From: Psammoneis japonica
Lineage: Eukaryota
Length of the DNA stretch: 64,000 nt
Direction of reading: 5' to 3'
Assembly: GCA_008632985.1 (NCBI GenBank)
Contig: QPGO01000118.1
Span: forward strand, 62,001 to 126,000
The notes under the pieces were generated by a model that had not been told where the DNA came from, searched no databases, and saw only the letters and a list, made by a program, of their open reading frames with translations. The position numbers and the translations under genes were made by a program. This document shows positions 46,901 to 57,649 of the stretch, one piece after another; positions within the stretch are counted from its first letter, which is position 1; each line of letters starts with the position of its first letter.

Positions 46901-49900
46901 CTATCGCATTTCATTTTCTTTGTTTGGGGTCTTCTCATCCGACAGTAGATCACCAAACGGCTGAATTACGCTCGGACGCGACTGCCTTGGCATTTTGGCG
47001 GAATGGCTACTAAGAGACGTTTCGTTGACAGATACAACAAGAGGAGTTCTCCGGGGTTCAACAGTTTCTTCCTTTCGACCAATCCTTATTTTCTTGGGAC
47101 TCTTCGATCTATTGCCGGAGTTATGTCGTTTCTTAATCGCCGCCGCTCGAGCCCGGGATGCGTCAGGTTTTGCCGAGGAATCCGGTGGTGGAACCCGTCG
47201 TTTCTTCGGAGTAGGCGACATCAGAGTGCCTACCAACTTCCTTGCTGAGCCAACGGGCTGACGACGCGGCGAAGCGGAGGCTTTACGGGATGACTGCGGA
47301 GAAGCCCGGACTATACCCGGTGTACGGGTTTCTCTGCTGTGGCTGGGTTTTCTTTGAGATCTCGGAGTGCCGCTACGATTGATACTCTTGCTGGGGTTAG
47401 GTTTCACTGTCCTCAAATGCATAAAAGCGGTTCTCTTTTCGACTAAGTCCTTCATTTCACCCGAACTCTCAAGCAGCTGTCGTACCTCATCACTTAGAAT
47501 ACTGGAGTCAAACTCGCTTCTTCCCTCCGCGTTCCACACCTTTAGTAGGGCACCGAGTTGTTCCAATTTTGCCGCAAACTTCCCCTGCATGTGTTTCCTA
47601 AATCGTTCTTCCTTGAGTAGAGCTGAGCTGTTTGTTTTCTTTGTGAGCAATCGCTGTTTACTGCATTTCTTCTCCTCGAAATCGGCAAGCTTAGCGTTCA
47701 GAATTCGTATCTCAGAATCAAGGGAGATAATTTTACTTTTTGCGTCTTGCTTTGACCTCAACTTTTCCACTTCCTTGTGGATCAGGTCGAATTTTTCCAG
47801 CTTCACCTTTAGCTGACAGTACGATTCGCGGGCTTGCTTTATTGCCGCAATCACCCATTCCTCGGCGCCCTCCGAATTGCATGACTGTAAGACGATATCA
47901 AAAGGACTCAATCTCTCTGATTGCAGCGAAGAGGCGGCTTCCTCGATTTCCCCCCAGAAAAGACCACGCTCACTTGTGTTGGTGTTCAGCGCCTCCCAAA
48001 CTATTGTAAGCGCCTCGATTTCGCTTTGCGTCATATCCTCAGCCCCATTGAGAAGCTTCGTCATCTCATCGATGCAAGCATGAATGAACTCTTTTGAGAG
48101 AGGGGGGAGCCGGTAAAGCGCATCATGAAAACTAGTGATATCCTCACTGGCATCTACTTCTCCTTCAACCGCCTTGACGAGCGTCCTCTGCGTTTGTTCT
48201 AGAGCGTTTTTCAACTCAGTCGAGAGAGATCGACGAGCAATAGCGATACCGGTAAGGGACTTGTGAAAACGGACCAGATGGTCATTAAAAAGCTTGGTAG
48301 CACCAACTACACCTTCCGTAGATGCAATAGTTCGTGAGAGTCTCTTAGCAGTGTCATGGTCCCACCACGTCGGAATCTCCTCGCCGCTACTTTTGATATT
48401 TTGCGTTACCAGAACTTGCACTTCACTCGGAGATAAATGCATTTCCTTTGAAAGACTTTTACACTCGTTACACCACTCCGTGTTCCGAGACAGAATATCT
48501 GTCTTTGATCGCCTCAGTACTCTCACGTCTTGTTCGCAGCGTTCAAGGAATTCATCACCAAGGGACCCAGGAGGACCAAAGGATGGGGTCTCTTCGTTGT
48601 CGTCAAACGACCCGGTAGCTTCCACCTCAGACTGTGGTACTTCCTCGAGAGTGTCCAAAGCATTCATGATATCCTCAACATTTTTCAGCATTGTTGCTCG
48701 ACGCTGTCGACCCATTATCTCCGCTGGAGTCAATGGAACAAATTCTCGTAATCGCCTACCGGGAGCTGGCGTAGTAGCATGCGTTTTTCTTGTCTGTGTA
48801 TACTGACGATTCTCTCGAATCAAAGTTTTCAGGGATCCACTGAGCTCATCGTCATTCAAGTCCATACTGCTAGCGAGTTTTTCGGTGTCCTTCACGATAT
48901 TCGCTCTCCGTATCAAGGCGCTTTCAAAAGCTGGTTTGAGGCTGTCGACTCTCTTTTGGTGTACACTGAGTTGTTGAAGAAGCGCCAGGTCTCTAGCTGG
49001 TTCCTCTGGCGAATCCTTGCTGTCTTCAATAGGTGCACCAAGAGCGTTCTGCATCGTAGAGAACTCCATCTGAAGCTTTCGCATCTCGGTATTGGCCCTC
49101 TCTTTCCTAGCAAGTGCGTCAGTAAGCTGCCCTGTACAGGTGTCGTGAAAGCAAGATTCGATCTTTGCACGATTTGCTTCACGATCCTCTAGAGATACCC
49201 CCAGTTCCTCCCATACCTCCTGCGCTTGTTGGAGTATGGATACCGCCTCGTGTTTATCACTTTGCTCAAGCATGGATGCCTTGAGAGTTAGCTTTTCCCT
49301 AATGACTGCATGCTCGCGTTCCTCTTTCTGGAGTTTCTCTTCAACAGAAGAGAGCGTACTTCTCAGATTATTGTTTTCTGCACAAACTTTTTCGTAGTCT
49401 ACCTCTCGCAATTTCTTTTCATGTTGAAGTCGCTGAATAATATCCAAAGGGTCTTCACCAGATAGCGAGAGCTTCCTCCGTTTAGCTGCATCATTCGAGA
49501 GAGCGGAGATCTTCCCATTCAAACGCTCTACTTCTCGCTCGAATCCTTCTAATGCAAAGCTCTTCCTTTTTATTGACGACTCTTTATCCAGTAGGGTACT
49601 CTGCAAACAGTGACGCGACAGGGTTAGAGATGCATTCGATACGACAACAATCTGCTGATAGTGCTCCCAGACGTACCTCCGACTTGGCGAGTTTATCCAT
49701 GAACCCCCACAGCAGAGTTCTCAGTATTGGAGCCTCCAGGTTCAAAATCATTTTTTTCGCAGACTCTTGACTTTAGTCGTCTCCTGCAATCCTTCTCCAA
49801 GATCTTGAGCCACCTCGTAATCAGGCAGCTTGGACTCAAGATCCTCGATTTCCGCGTTGACGAGCTCAAGCTTCAGCTCTAAATCTTCTAGATTCTGTTC

Positions 49901-52542
49901 GTGCTCTCTCACCATATCCTCTAGATCACCGTCTTCAACATTGCCAATGTCTTCTTTCTTTCGAATCTCCTTCAAGGCCTTGCTTTCCTCCACAATCTCG
50001 CGCATGATTTCGCCGTGCTCGTTGACGCGATCTTCGTATCGTCGCTTCCTCTGAAAGAGATCGACATGATCAGATATCATTTTCTCCAAAACGAACTGCA
50101 TGGACGTGATTTCTTCTGACTGAGGTGCAAAGGATGTACCCTTTTTGCTCCCTTTGGAGTGATGGCCTGTTGTACTCCCGATTATAGACGTCCGCCTTCG
50201 TGGTTCATGGAGGTCGCGCTTTCGCATAGATAGCATCCTCTTCAGATGCAACTCTGTCTCCTGGAGCTTTTCTGATAGCTTGTTGCACATAACTTTGCGT
50301 TTCTCAAGATTCGCTTTGTGCATTCTAATTTCTGTCTCCATCTTTGACACTTTGTTTCCGGCGGTTCTCTCTTTTCGCTTCAGAGACATGATCTCTTTCG
50401 TTCTTGCTTCTGTGTACTGCCGATGCTTTGCCGCCGCCGCGCGTTGCTTTTTAATCAGCGCCACTTTTCCTTGCTTCAGCTCTGCGATCTTCCTCTCCAT
50501 TACCTTGCACTTAAGAGCTTCCTGTTCGGCCTTCCGATACATTTGTTGGTGCTTTCTTGTCTCACTCCGCGCTCGCGTCAAGCTTTTCTCAACCTTTTCA
50601 AGCTTCTGCTTAATTGCCCTCGAGCAGCCCTTGGAAGGATCTGCAGTAGCCTTTTCAAGCTGATCTGCCAAGTTCAACTTTTCTTTTTCGAGATTTTGCA
50701 TCTCGGCCATTTGCATCTCGTACTTCCCTTTCATGTTGTGATACACCTTCAGACTTTCACGTAGATGGAGAAGCATTGATTCTTGTTCTGCAAGCTCTCC
50801 TTCGACTTGCTCTAGCTCTTCGTCATCCTTTTGCTGCTCCTTGTGAAACTCCTTGTCTCGATGTTGAAGGTCAAGAAGTTGATCCAGGATCGCCATTTCT
50901 TCGTCTGGGTTGACCTCCTCCAACATTGCGTCGTCGAATTTCGTGATTGCGGTATCAAGCAGTGCGTGGTCTTCTTTACCAGAAATCGTTGGAACTGACC
51001 CGGTGGAAGGAAGCAACACATTATGATTCAACGACGAGCTGCTAGGAATCGGAAGAGGGTGAGAGGGCGCAGCGATTGGAGCGGGTAATCCTCCGGATTG
51101 CTCCGCCGCTGCTTGGTTCAGCAGCATAAGATAATCCTGTACATCCTGACGTTTCCAGAGGCTCTCATTGGCGTGTCCGATCTTTTCCTCTTCAGCGATT
51201 CCCATCGCCTCATCTGTTTCCATGGAAGATGATGCTGTAGAACCAACAAAACGCTTCACGAGCTCAGACTGGAACACATGGTTGAGGGCGTGTAGACGCT
51301 GCAATTCCAAAACGGTAGGATCGATGTTCTTGGTAGGCGCGTTCTTGATATTACGAGCACGATTAGCGTAGTGCAGTGTGGACAGTGTTTCACTGGCGTT
51401 TGTATCTGACGGTGACACGCATGCTAAAAACAGAGTCTGGCTGTTTCCTCCCAATGCATCCTGCAGAAGCCGAGTGAGCTTCGACTGGCGATAAGGAACA
51501 TGAATCTTCTTTTCTTTCGCTAGTCGTTCTTCGTCTGCAAGGGCGTTGATTACGTTTCCAAGAGCCAGGAGTCCCTCATTGATCTTGATGCCCTCCCGTG
51601 CTCTTTCTCCCTCAGCTCCTGTCTTCTTCATCCGTTCACTTCCGGCCAAATCAACAAATGTGAAGCAGGATCGAGTAGTAATATCGACATCGGCGCCACC
51701 AGAACTACTGGTGCGAATTACTTGCTCGAGACGAATCGTAAAGACAGCATGGGATCGACTGGACGTTAGATTCATCAACGTTGCGGCTGTAGTACGATTC
51801 AGCGTGCCCAAATGCAATACATTGAGAGCCTCGGATGCACCAGCAATCGGCCGGTTCGTCAGTCCAACACAAATTACTCCTCCGTCGGAGTCTTCACGAA
51901 TAGGAAGCGTCTTACGATCTTCATCAAGCAAGTCGTGAACGTCTTCTCCATACACCTCGAGGAATGACGCTGAGACATTGTAGTCAAGCAGCACTTGGTT
52001 GTTTTCGCTATCTTGACAATCATCAGAGTCAGTCTTCTTTTGCTGGAGCAAATCGAAAATGTCTGACATGAACCTTGGGATCAATCCCGGGTGAACAATG
52101 CTCTCGCCTCCTGAATGTGCCTCGCTACCCATGGTAAATGTCTTGCCAGATCCTGTCTGGCCATAAGCCATAATCTGTTGAGAGTCGGAACGAGTAGTTT
52201 TGAAAAATCGAGCGAGTGAGTACGAAATAGGTACGTTTGATCTGGCAAAGTAGTCAGTGCCGCATCTAAACACAAAACACTCACCGTTGCATTGTATCCT
52301 TCCAAGAACGACCCCAACAACTGAGGCGATACAGAGTCGTAAAGATCGGACTGTGTCACGTTGGAGTCAAAGGCAGCGTCGTAGGTAAACTTCCGTTTGC
52401 CAATTCCAACAGTAGGGCTGCAAACATCGACAACAAGCTTACCACCCTGACTGACTTCTTGCGATGTCAAGGGGCGAACTCTTACTCCCACACGCACTTG
52501 GGACGTGTTACTCGTCTGTTGCGACGACGACGCGACCGTCAT
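46901..52542 (-). CDS. Kinesin-4-like motor with C-terminal MAP65/Ase1/PRC1-like region; introns 52284-52175 and 49676-49601, 1-nt frameshift near 49772
   Basis: VRVRP, AYGQTGSGKT, SSRSHA, VDLAGSE, HVPYRQSKLTRLLQDALGGN; long coiled coil; LLKEERFRK..L...LKVW..E...F in the last exon. Confidence 0.85.
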
Positions 52543-52891
52543 GGTAGTCTGTTGCTTTTTGTTCCTTTTTGTGATGACGCCAGCGCGTTTGACTGTTTGG
52601 TTTGTAACGCGTAGAAATTCTACGGAGTTCTACGTGGATCAGCAAAAAACTCTAACGGCTACTTTTGAATCGAACAAATCCTTGGTGCGACTGCAGACAG
52701 ACGCTGACTGCACCTCGCGCTCGCTCGCTCGCTCGCGCATGAGCCTATGGCTCGCGCATCGCATCGGTTGGTGAGCTCACAAAAAATAGCGAAGGCAAAA
52801 GCACTGAATAAACGCGAACGGACGAATTGTTTCCATCTTCTGTAGGGCCCTATGAACCGAACGTTCCTTCTATTTTTTCATTATTATCGCA

Positions 52892-54688
52892 TCATCTTGC
52901 GTTTCTCAACTCATGTCGCTTCCTTGCATTCAAATAAGGCGATCCGAACAGTTCATCCTTTTGGTGTCGAGACGTCGTGTGACCATCATAGACATGCCGT
53001 GTCAGATAGAGCGCGGCCACACTTGTCCCCAAACATGTGAGACACAGCGTCGCCGTAATGATATACGATAATTGAAAACAACCAATCCCATAACAAGTAA
53101 TGTCATCCATTTTTGCATCCGCAGGATCAATATGTGCCTCGTAAACGGCACTCGTGACAAAGTCGGAGATCACCAAGGTCCCGACGGCACTCGTAAATCC
53201 ATCATAAAACATGTAATTTGCTCCATGATTTGTCACACCAAAGACTTCACCAATCACTAACACCATCAATGGCCATACCATTCCAAACGCCGTCCCCGCC
53301 AGCACAACGCCAGTCACAAACGCCCGTCTCGTGATTGCCCAAGCCAAAGTCGAATGCGCCAAGACTCCAAAAGCGGATGCCACTATAAGAAATACGGGTC
53401 TCGGTAAACCATGATCTATTCCGCATTGACGGATATTCCATGTGGATGCCCACTCTGAAACGGCTCCGGCAGCAACACGAGCCGCAGCCTGGGCCACACT
53501 AAACATGGCGAGACAAGCCGACGCGGCCCGAGACGGAAAGTCGAGAGCCTCCACCATTTGACCCATATTGTTGGTCATGATTGTACCAGAGCCCACCAAA
53601 ATAGTGCACGTCCATAACAAGAGCCAAGCCTGGGCGGTTTGCATGGTTTGAACGAGGGTATAATCTTGTACAGGATGGGGTGCTGGCGGTTTTATCAACG
53701 CTTGTGACTCTACTTTGTCTTCGCTTTTCACAGAACTTTCACGTTGTCGTTCACTCTCATTTATTGTTGACGCCGAGGGGGCTCGTACATTTAGCCACAG
53801 AAGAGACGAGATTGGTCCAAACCATGCCAAGATGATAAAGAGAGCTCGAACGAAATGAGGGCCTTGGTCTTCTGAGCTTTCTTCCGCAATAATCTCATCT
53901 ACATTGTCGGGTAAGGGCTCAAAGAGAAATATGGCACTCGTTCCCACCACCAAGAGTGCCAGAGCAAACAAGCCACAGTAGACGACTCGATAATGCGTGG
54001 GGGTGGCGACTTCTCGCACATGCGCCAATTGTTGCTTCTCGGGCAAGAGCAACACAGCAGGGAAAACAATGCAAATGATTGACAGCACTGATGCCATGGG
54101 TAAGAAATTCAAGTCAGACGCTTGTTTAGGTGCAATGGCATCAAACAAGCAAGAATAAGCCCCGGCTCCCAAGCCAACGTAACCCTTGGCCGCTCCCACA
54201 GCGGAACCTTTACTGCCACTCCCACAACAAACCACAATGGCCTTGAACAAGCTTCCAATCACGAGAGAATTAGACATAAAAATAGCAACACCCAAGAGCG
54301 ATAATGTCGGTACTGTAATGTGACTTGATGTTGACTTTGCTTCAAAATATCGTGCCGCCAACCAATACAGAAGCAACGCAATCGATTCCAAAATGCCGCC
54401 CACAATCATTGCAATCTTGATTCCCCACCTGTCTACCGCAAGACCTGGGATCCAACTCAGCAGTCCAGAACAAAAATTGGCAGAGGAAATTGTGTTGAGC
54501 TGTGATTGAGTCAGATGCAAAGCGGTCTTGAGTGTCGATCCAAACAGTCCAAAGGCATAGGTCGGACCTCCTGTGGCGAGAGCCGCAGAAAAGCAAGTCA
54601 CCAAAACGGGAACGTTTGTTTTTGATGACGTCTCGCTACTTTCTTCTACAACTACAAGGGACCCATAAGAAGAGTGTTCTGCTTTCAT
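52892..54688 (-). CDS. MFS transporter, nodulin-like/NFD4/Mch1 type
   Basis: YAFGLFGSTLK, GLAVDRWG, GSAVGAAKGYVGLG, NNMGQM, EVFGVTNHGANY, CYGIGCF. Confidence 0.88.
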   Translation of the reverse strand: MKAEHSSYGSLVVVEESSETSSKTNVPVLVTCFSAALATGGPTYAFGLFGSTLKTALHLTQSQLNTISSANFCSGLLSWIPGLAVDRWGIKIAMIVGGILESIALLLYWLAARYFEAKSTSSHITVPTLSLLGVAIFMSNSLVIGSLFKAIVVCCGSGSKGSAVGAAKGYVGLGAGAYSCLFDAIAPKQASDLNFLPMASVLSIICIVFPAVLLLPEKQQLAHVREVATPTHYRVVYCGLFALALLVVGTSAIFLFEPLPDNVDEIIAEESSEDQGPHFVRALFIILAWFGPISSLLWLNVRAPSASTINESERQRESSVKSEDKVESQALIKPPAPHPVQDYTLVQTMQTAQAWLLLWTCTILVGSGTIMTNNMGQMVEALDFPSRAASACLAMFSVAQAAARVAAGAVSEWASTWNIRQCGIDHGLPRPVFLIVASAFGVLAHSTLAWAITRRAFVTGVVLAGTAFGMVWPLMVLVIGEVFGVTNHGANYMFYDGFTSAVGTLVISDFVTSAVYEAHIDPADAKMDDITCYGIGCFQLSYIITATLCLTCLGTSVAALYLTRHVYDGHTTSRHQKDELFGSPYLNARKRHELRNAR

Positions 54689-54874
54689 GGTTTCTATTCG
54701 CTCTATTCTAAAAGGTTCCAACCGGCACAAGATCAGGATGTCATTGCGCTGATTCTCGCCATTCTCGCTTCTCGGCTATTTGCCGAAGTCTGAAGTCTGC
54801 AAGCTCGTAGACGGACAGACCGAAGATTCAATCTTCACGCGCGCACGGCATACGGGAGCTATCTTGACTCGTGC

Positions 54875-56330
54875 GTGACCGAGGGATTTTTCCTCTTTTT
54901 TGAACACTCTCTAGCTAGCAGCGTTTGTGGTCGAATGCAATTACAGATGCACTCACGTCAAGGAGTGATTCACATCTCACTTGTCGGCACCTCAACACAG
55001 TTTGTTTTTGAGCAACATCGCAATGAAAAAGTCTTGTTTTGTTGTTTCGTCTCGGTTTTCTTTTTTGGCTCGGTGGGCTCTTGGTTGACTCAGTTGTTTC
55101 TCTCACCAAATTTTAAAAATGATGGGAAAAAGGCTTGTGATGGTGTTGGACACATTTTGAATGCACACAAAAGGCAGTGTGCTGCTCTGGACAACCCGGG
55201 AGTTGAGAGCACACAGCAGGCGTGTGTGCGAGGCAGGCACCACAGACCAGAGATGACACCCGACTTTCACGCCACTTTGGACTTTCATCAGAGTTTTGAT
55301 GCAGCAGATGATGTGAACACATCAAGCTGATTTTCTCATTGGTTTGACAACCCTGTTGTTGCAATGCTCATTTCAAAGCTGTCAAAAAAGACAAACATTG
55401 CAGCAATGGTGTGCACTCTCCGGCTGCTGTGCCCCCGTGGCCTCTCTCATCATCTCAAAATCCTCCTGTGCACTCTTGGCTTTGTTGGCCTCCACTCTTG
55501 TGTGCAGATGGCACAACTGAGGCACTGACCAACATGTTGAATGTCTGGCTTTCTTGGGCCCCAAAACCTGGATGCTTGGACATTTTAACAAGGCTCTGGC
55601 ACGGGCAAAGCAAGCTGAGCTTCAGCGCTGCCATGTTTTTCATTGTTCACATTCTTCCATGCAATGTTGTCATCTGCATTGTTGGAGTCAATGCAGCCCA
55701 ACAAAATGCTGGAACCACCAAATCATCTCACTTTGCATGTGAAATGGCTGGCACGCAGCCCACAACCATGGCACAGAAGATGTGGCATCTCACAGCAACC
55801 ACAAATTCAAGGTCAAATTGCTGGAAACCCTTCACACCTGGTGCCAGTGGCAAAGTCTGGCATGCCCACAAAAAACATTGTTTTTTTTGCTTTCTTGTTT
55901 CACCAAGGACAACCACCACATGGATCCAAAGTTGGCCAACCTTGTTTGACCACAAGCACAGATGACAAAATGCTGTAGCTGGCATGTGTCACACCCTGAG
56001 AATGCACAAACTTTCTTGCTGATGTTGCAGTGGCTGTGTGTTGAGTCTCAGTGGGATGTGGAAAGTCACACCAGATTTTGGTCGACAATGGGGATCGCCG
56101 TGCTGCAAGTCACTGTGGCAATTTGTAAAAGCTAAATCTTTCTAAAGCAATGTGCAACGATCATCTGCTGCCATGCTGACAGTTCCTGAGCAACCACGTC
56201 CACAGAGAGACAGAAACGCGAAAATCTTTAAACAACCAGACCATAAGGTGTCACATGGGGTGGACAATGAGTTCGTTGTCAATGCAGATATGTACAGAAG
56301 GAAAGCCTCTAATAAAAGCAACAACTATGT
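54875..56330. mobile_element. Decayed TE-like relic (family unresolved)
   Basis: TpA/CpG-depleted block between two intact genes; GKKACDGVG resembles the HGKxxCDGxG motif of some DDE transposases. Confidence 0.4.
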
Positions 56331-56366
56331 ATGGATGTCACTCCATTGCAGTCCTAAAGACTGTTG

Positions 56367-57419
56367 TTACCGCTTGCTTTTGATCTTCGAGTACATGGTT
56401 TCATTGACGAAGAACGATGGACTCAACTTCAAGAAAGCAAACTCAACACCTCCTGCTCCATTCATATAATTTGCTTCCTTGCTTGTAATTACATAGCCCG
56501 CATCGTGCAAGTCATAGAAGAAACTTTTTGCCTCCGGCATTGGTGCATTATGTGTCTCGACCAATATTTGTCGAAGATCATGTTGGAGCCACTGTTGATA
56601 AGTGAACCATTCGCACCATTCACAATCAATCTTGAAGACGTCGATTGTTCTATTCTCGTGGCCTAACTCGACAATAGTATCCTTCAGTGTCTTGAAAGCA
56701 TGCCCCCTTTTCGTCTCTTTGTATTTTTTCGCCTGTTCTTCTGTTCCTAATCCCCACGGGTGAAAAGTCGCGTATCCCTCCAGTGCTTTCTTAAAGTCAC
56801 CATTGCGTTTGTTGTGTGTGACCATATCAAATGTGTGGATTTCGCAATGCGGTCCGATCTCGTCTCGTATTCCCTTTTCAAACATTACGTTTCCATTGGA
56901 ACCAATGGAATATACAAGACAATCTTTCTTCTTGGCAAGTCGGTGAGGGTCGCACACCCATTTCGGGCCGTCAATTTCAGAAGTCGTTGGAATCCGCTGC
57001 ATTAGTGGACAATGAAATTCTTCTTGAAAATGGGCTCCGTTCCAGTGGCTGGACATTTTCAAAGCTGGGACCTTTCCGAAGTCGGTGCCTTTGTTTGAGT
57101 GCCTGTTCAAGTTTGGTCCGTGATTTGGAAAGAGGCGAGCATGGATACGCTGTGCCACCTCCCACTGTTCATCAGAAATATCATCAAAAAATCCGTAGCT
57201 CTGGTCAAAGGCAAGTCGGTAGCTCAAACGTGAAGACTCCGCGACGTCACTACGTGCAATACTTGGAAAGCGGTTGGGCACGTCTGTATCGATCGTCGCT
57301 GAATTGTTTCGAAACAAAGCATTCAAAAGGTACAATTCGAGCGCTACACAAGCAAAAAAGGTAAGACTCCCAAAGGCAGCAAAGCTACGAAAGCAGGAAC
57401 GGCTTTTCCCAGCTTCCAT
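56367..57419 (-). CDS. Methyltransferase-domain protein (Methyltransf_22/METTL24-like), N-terminal TM anchor
   Basis: DGPKWVCDP, CLVYSIGSNG, CEIHTFD, IDVFKIDCEWCEW, QILVETH. Confidence 0.85.
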   Translation of the reverse strand: MEAGKSRSCFRSFAAFGSLTFFACVALELYLLNALFRNNSATIDTDVPNRFPSIARSDVAESSRLSYRLAFDQSYGFFDDISDEQWEVAQRIHARLFPNHGPNLNRHSNKGTDFGKVPALKMSSHWNGAHFQEEFHCPLMQRIPTTSEIDGPKWVCDPHRLAKKKDCLVYSIGSNGNVMFEKGIRDEIGPHCEIHTFDMVTHNKRNGDFKKALEGYATFHPWGLGTEEQAKKYKETKRGHAFKTLKDTIVELGHENRTIDVFKIDCEWCEWFTYQQWLQHDLRQILVETHNAPMPEAKSFFYDLHDAGYVITSKEANYMNGAGGVEFAFLKLSPSFFVNETMYSKIKSKR

Positions 57420-57649
57420 GGCTGCTTCAACTTTCTGTCGCGTGTCCGGAGCAAACGAGCAACTGCTTTTTGCTGTAGTCGTTTAATACTCTGGGTCCGG
57501 AACTAAGTACCTCAAAGCAACAGTGGGGCCAAAGAGAAAAAAAATGTGAAAAAGTCACCAGATGTGCAAGAGCTGCGACATTTTTTTGCATCGTCCCTTT
57601 TACTGCATGTAACGAACAAAAGGGTTCAAAATTTCAAATTCAACGGATA

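Noticed and set aside
1510..49780. Single-base frameshifts in otherwise intact genes (~1515, ~35195, ~44032, ~49772) as programmed frameshifting or pseudogenisation
   Set aside because: Each is fixed by adding one base to a short homopolymer, which is most simply an assembly indel error. Needs a read check.
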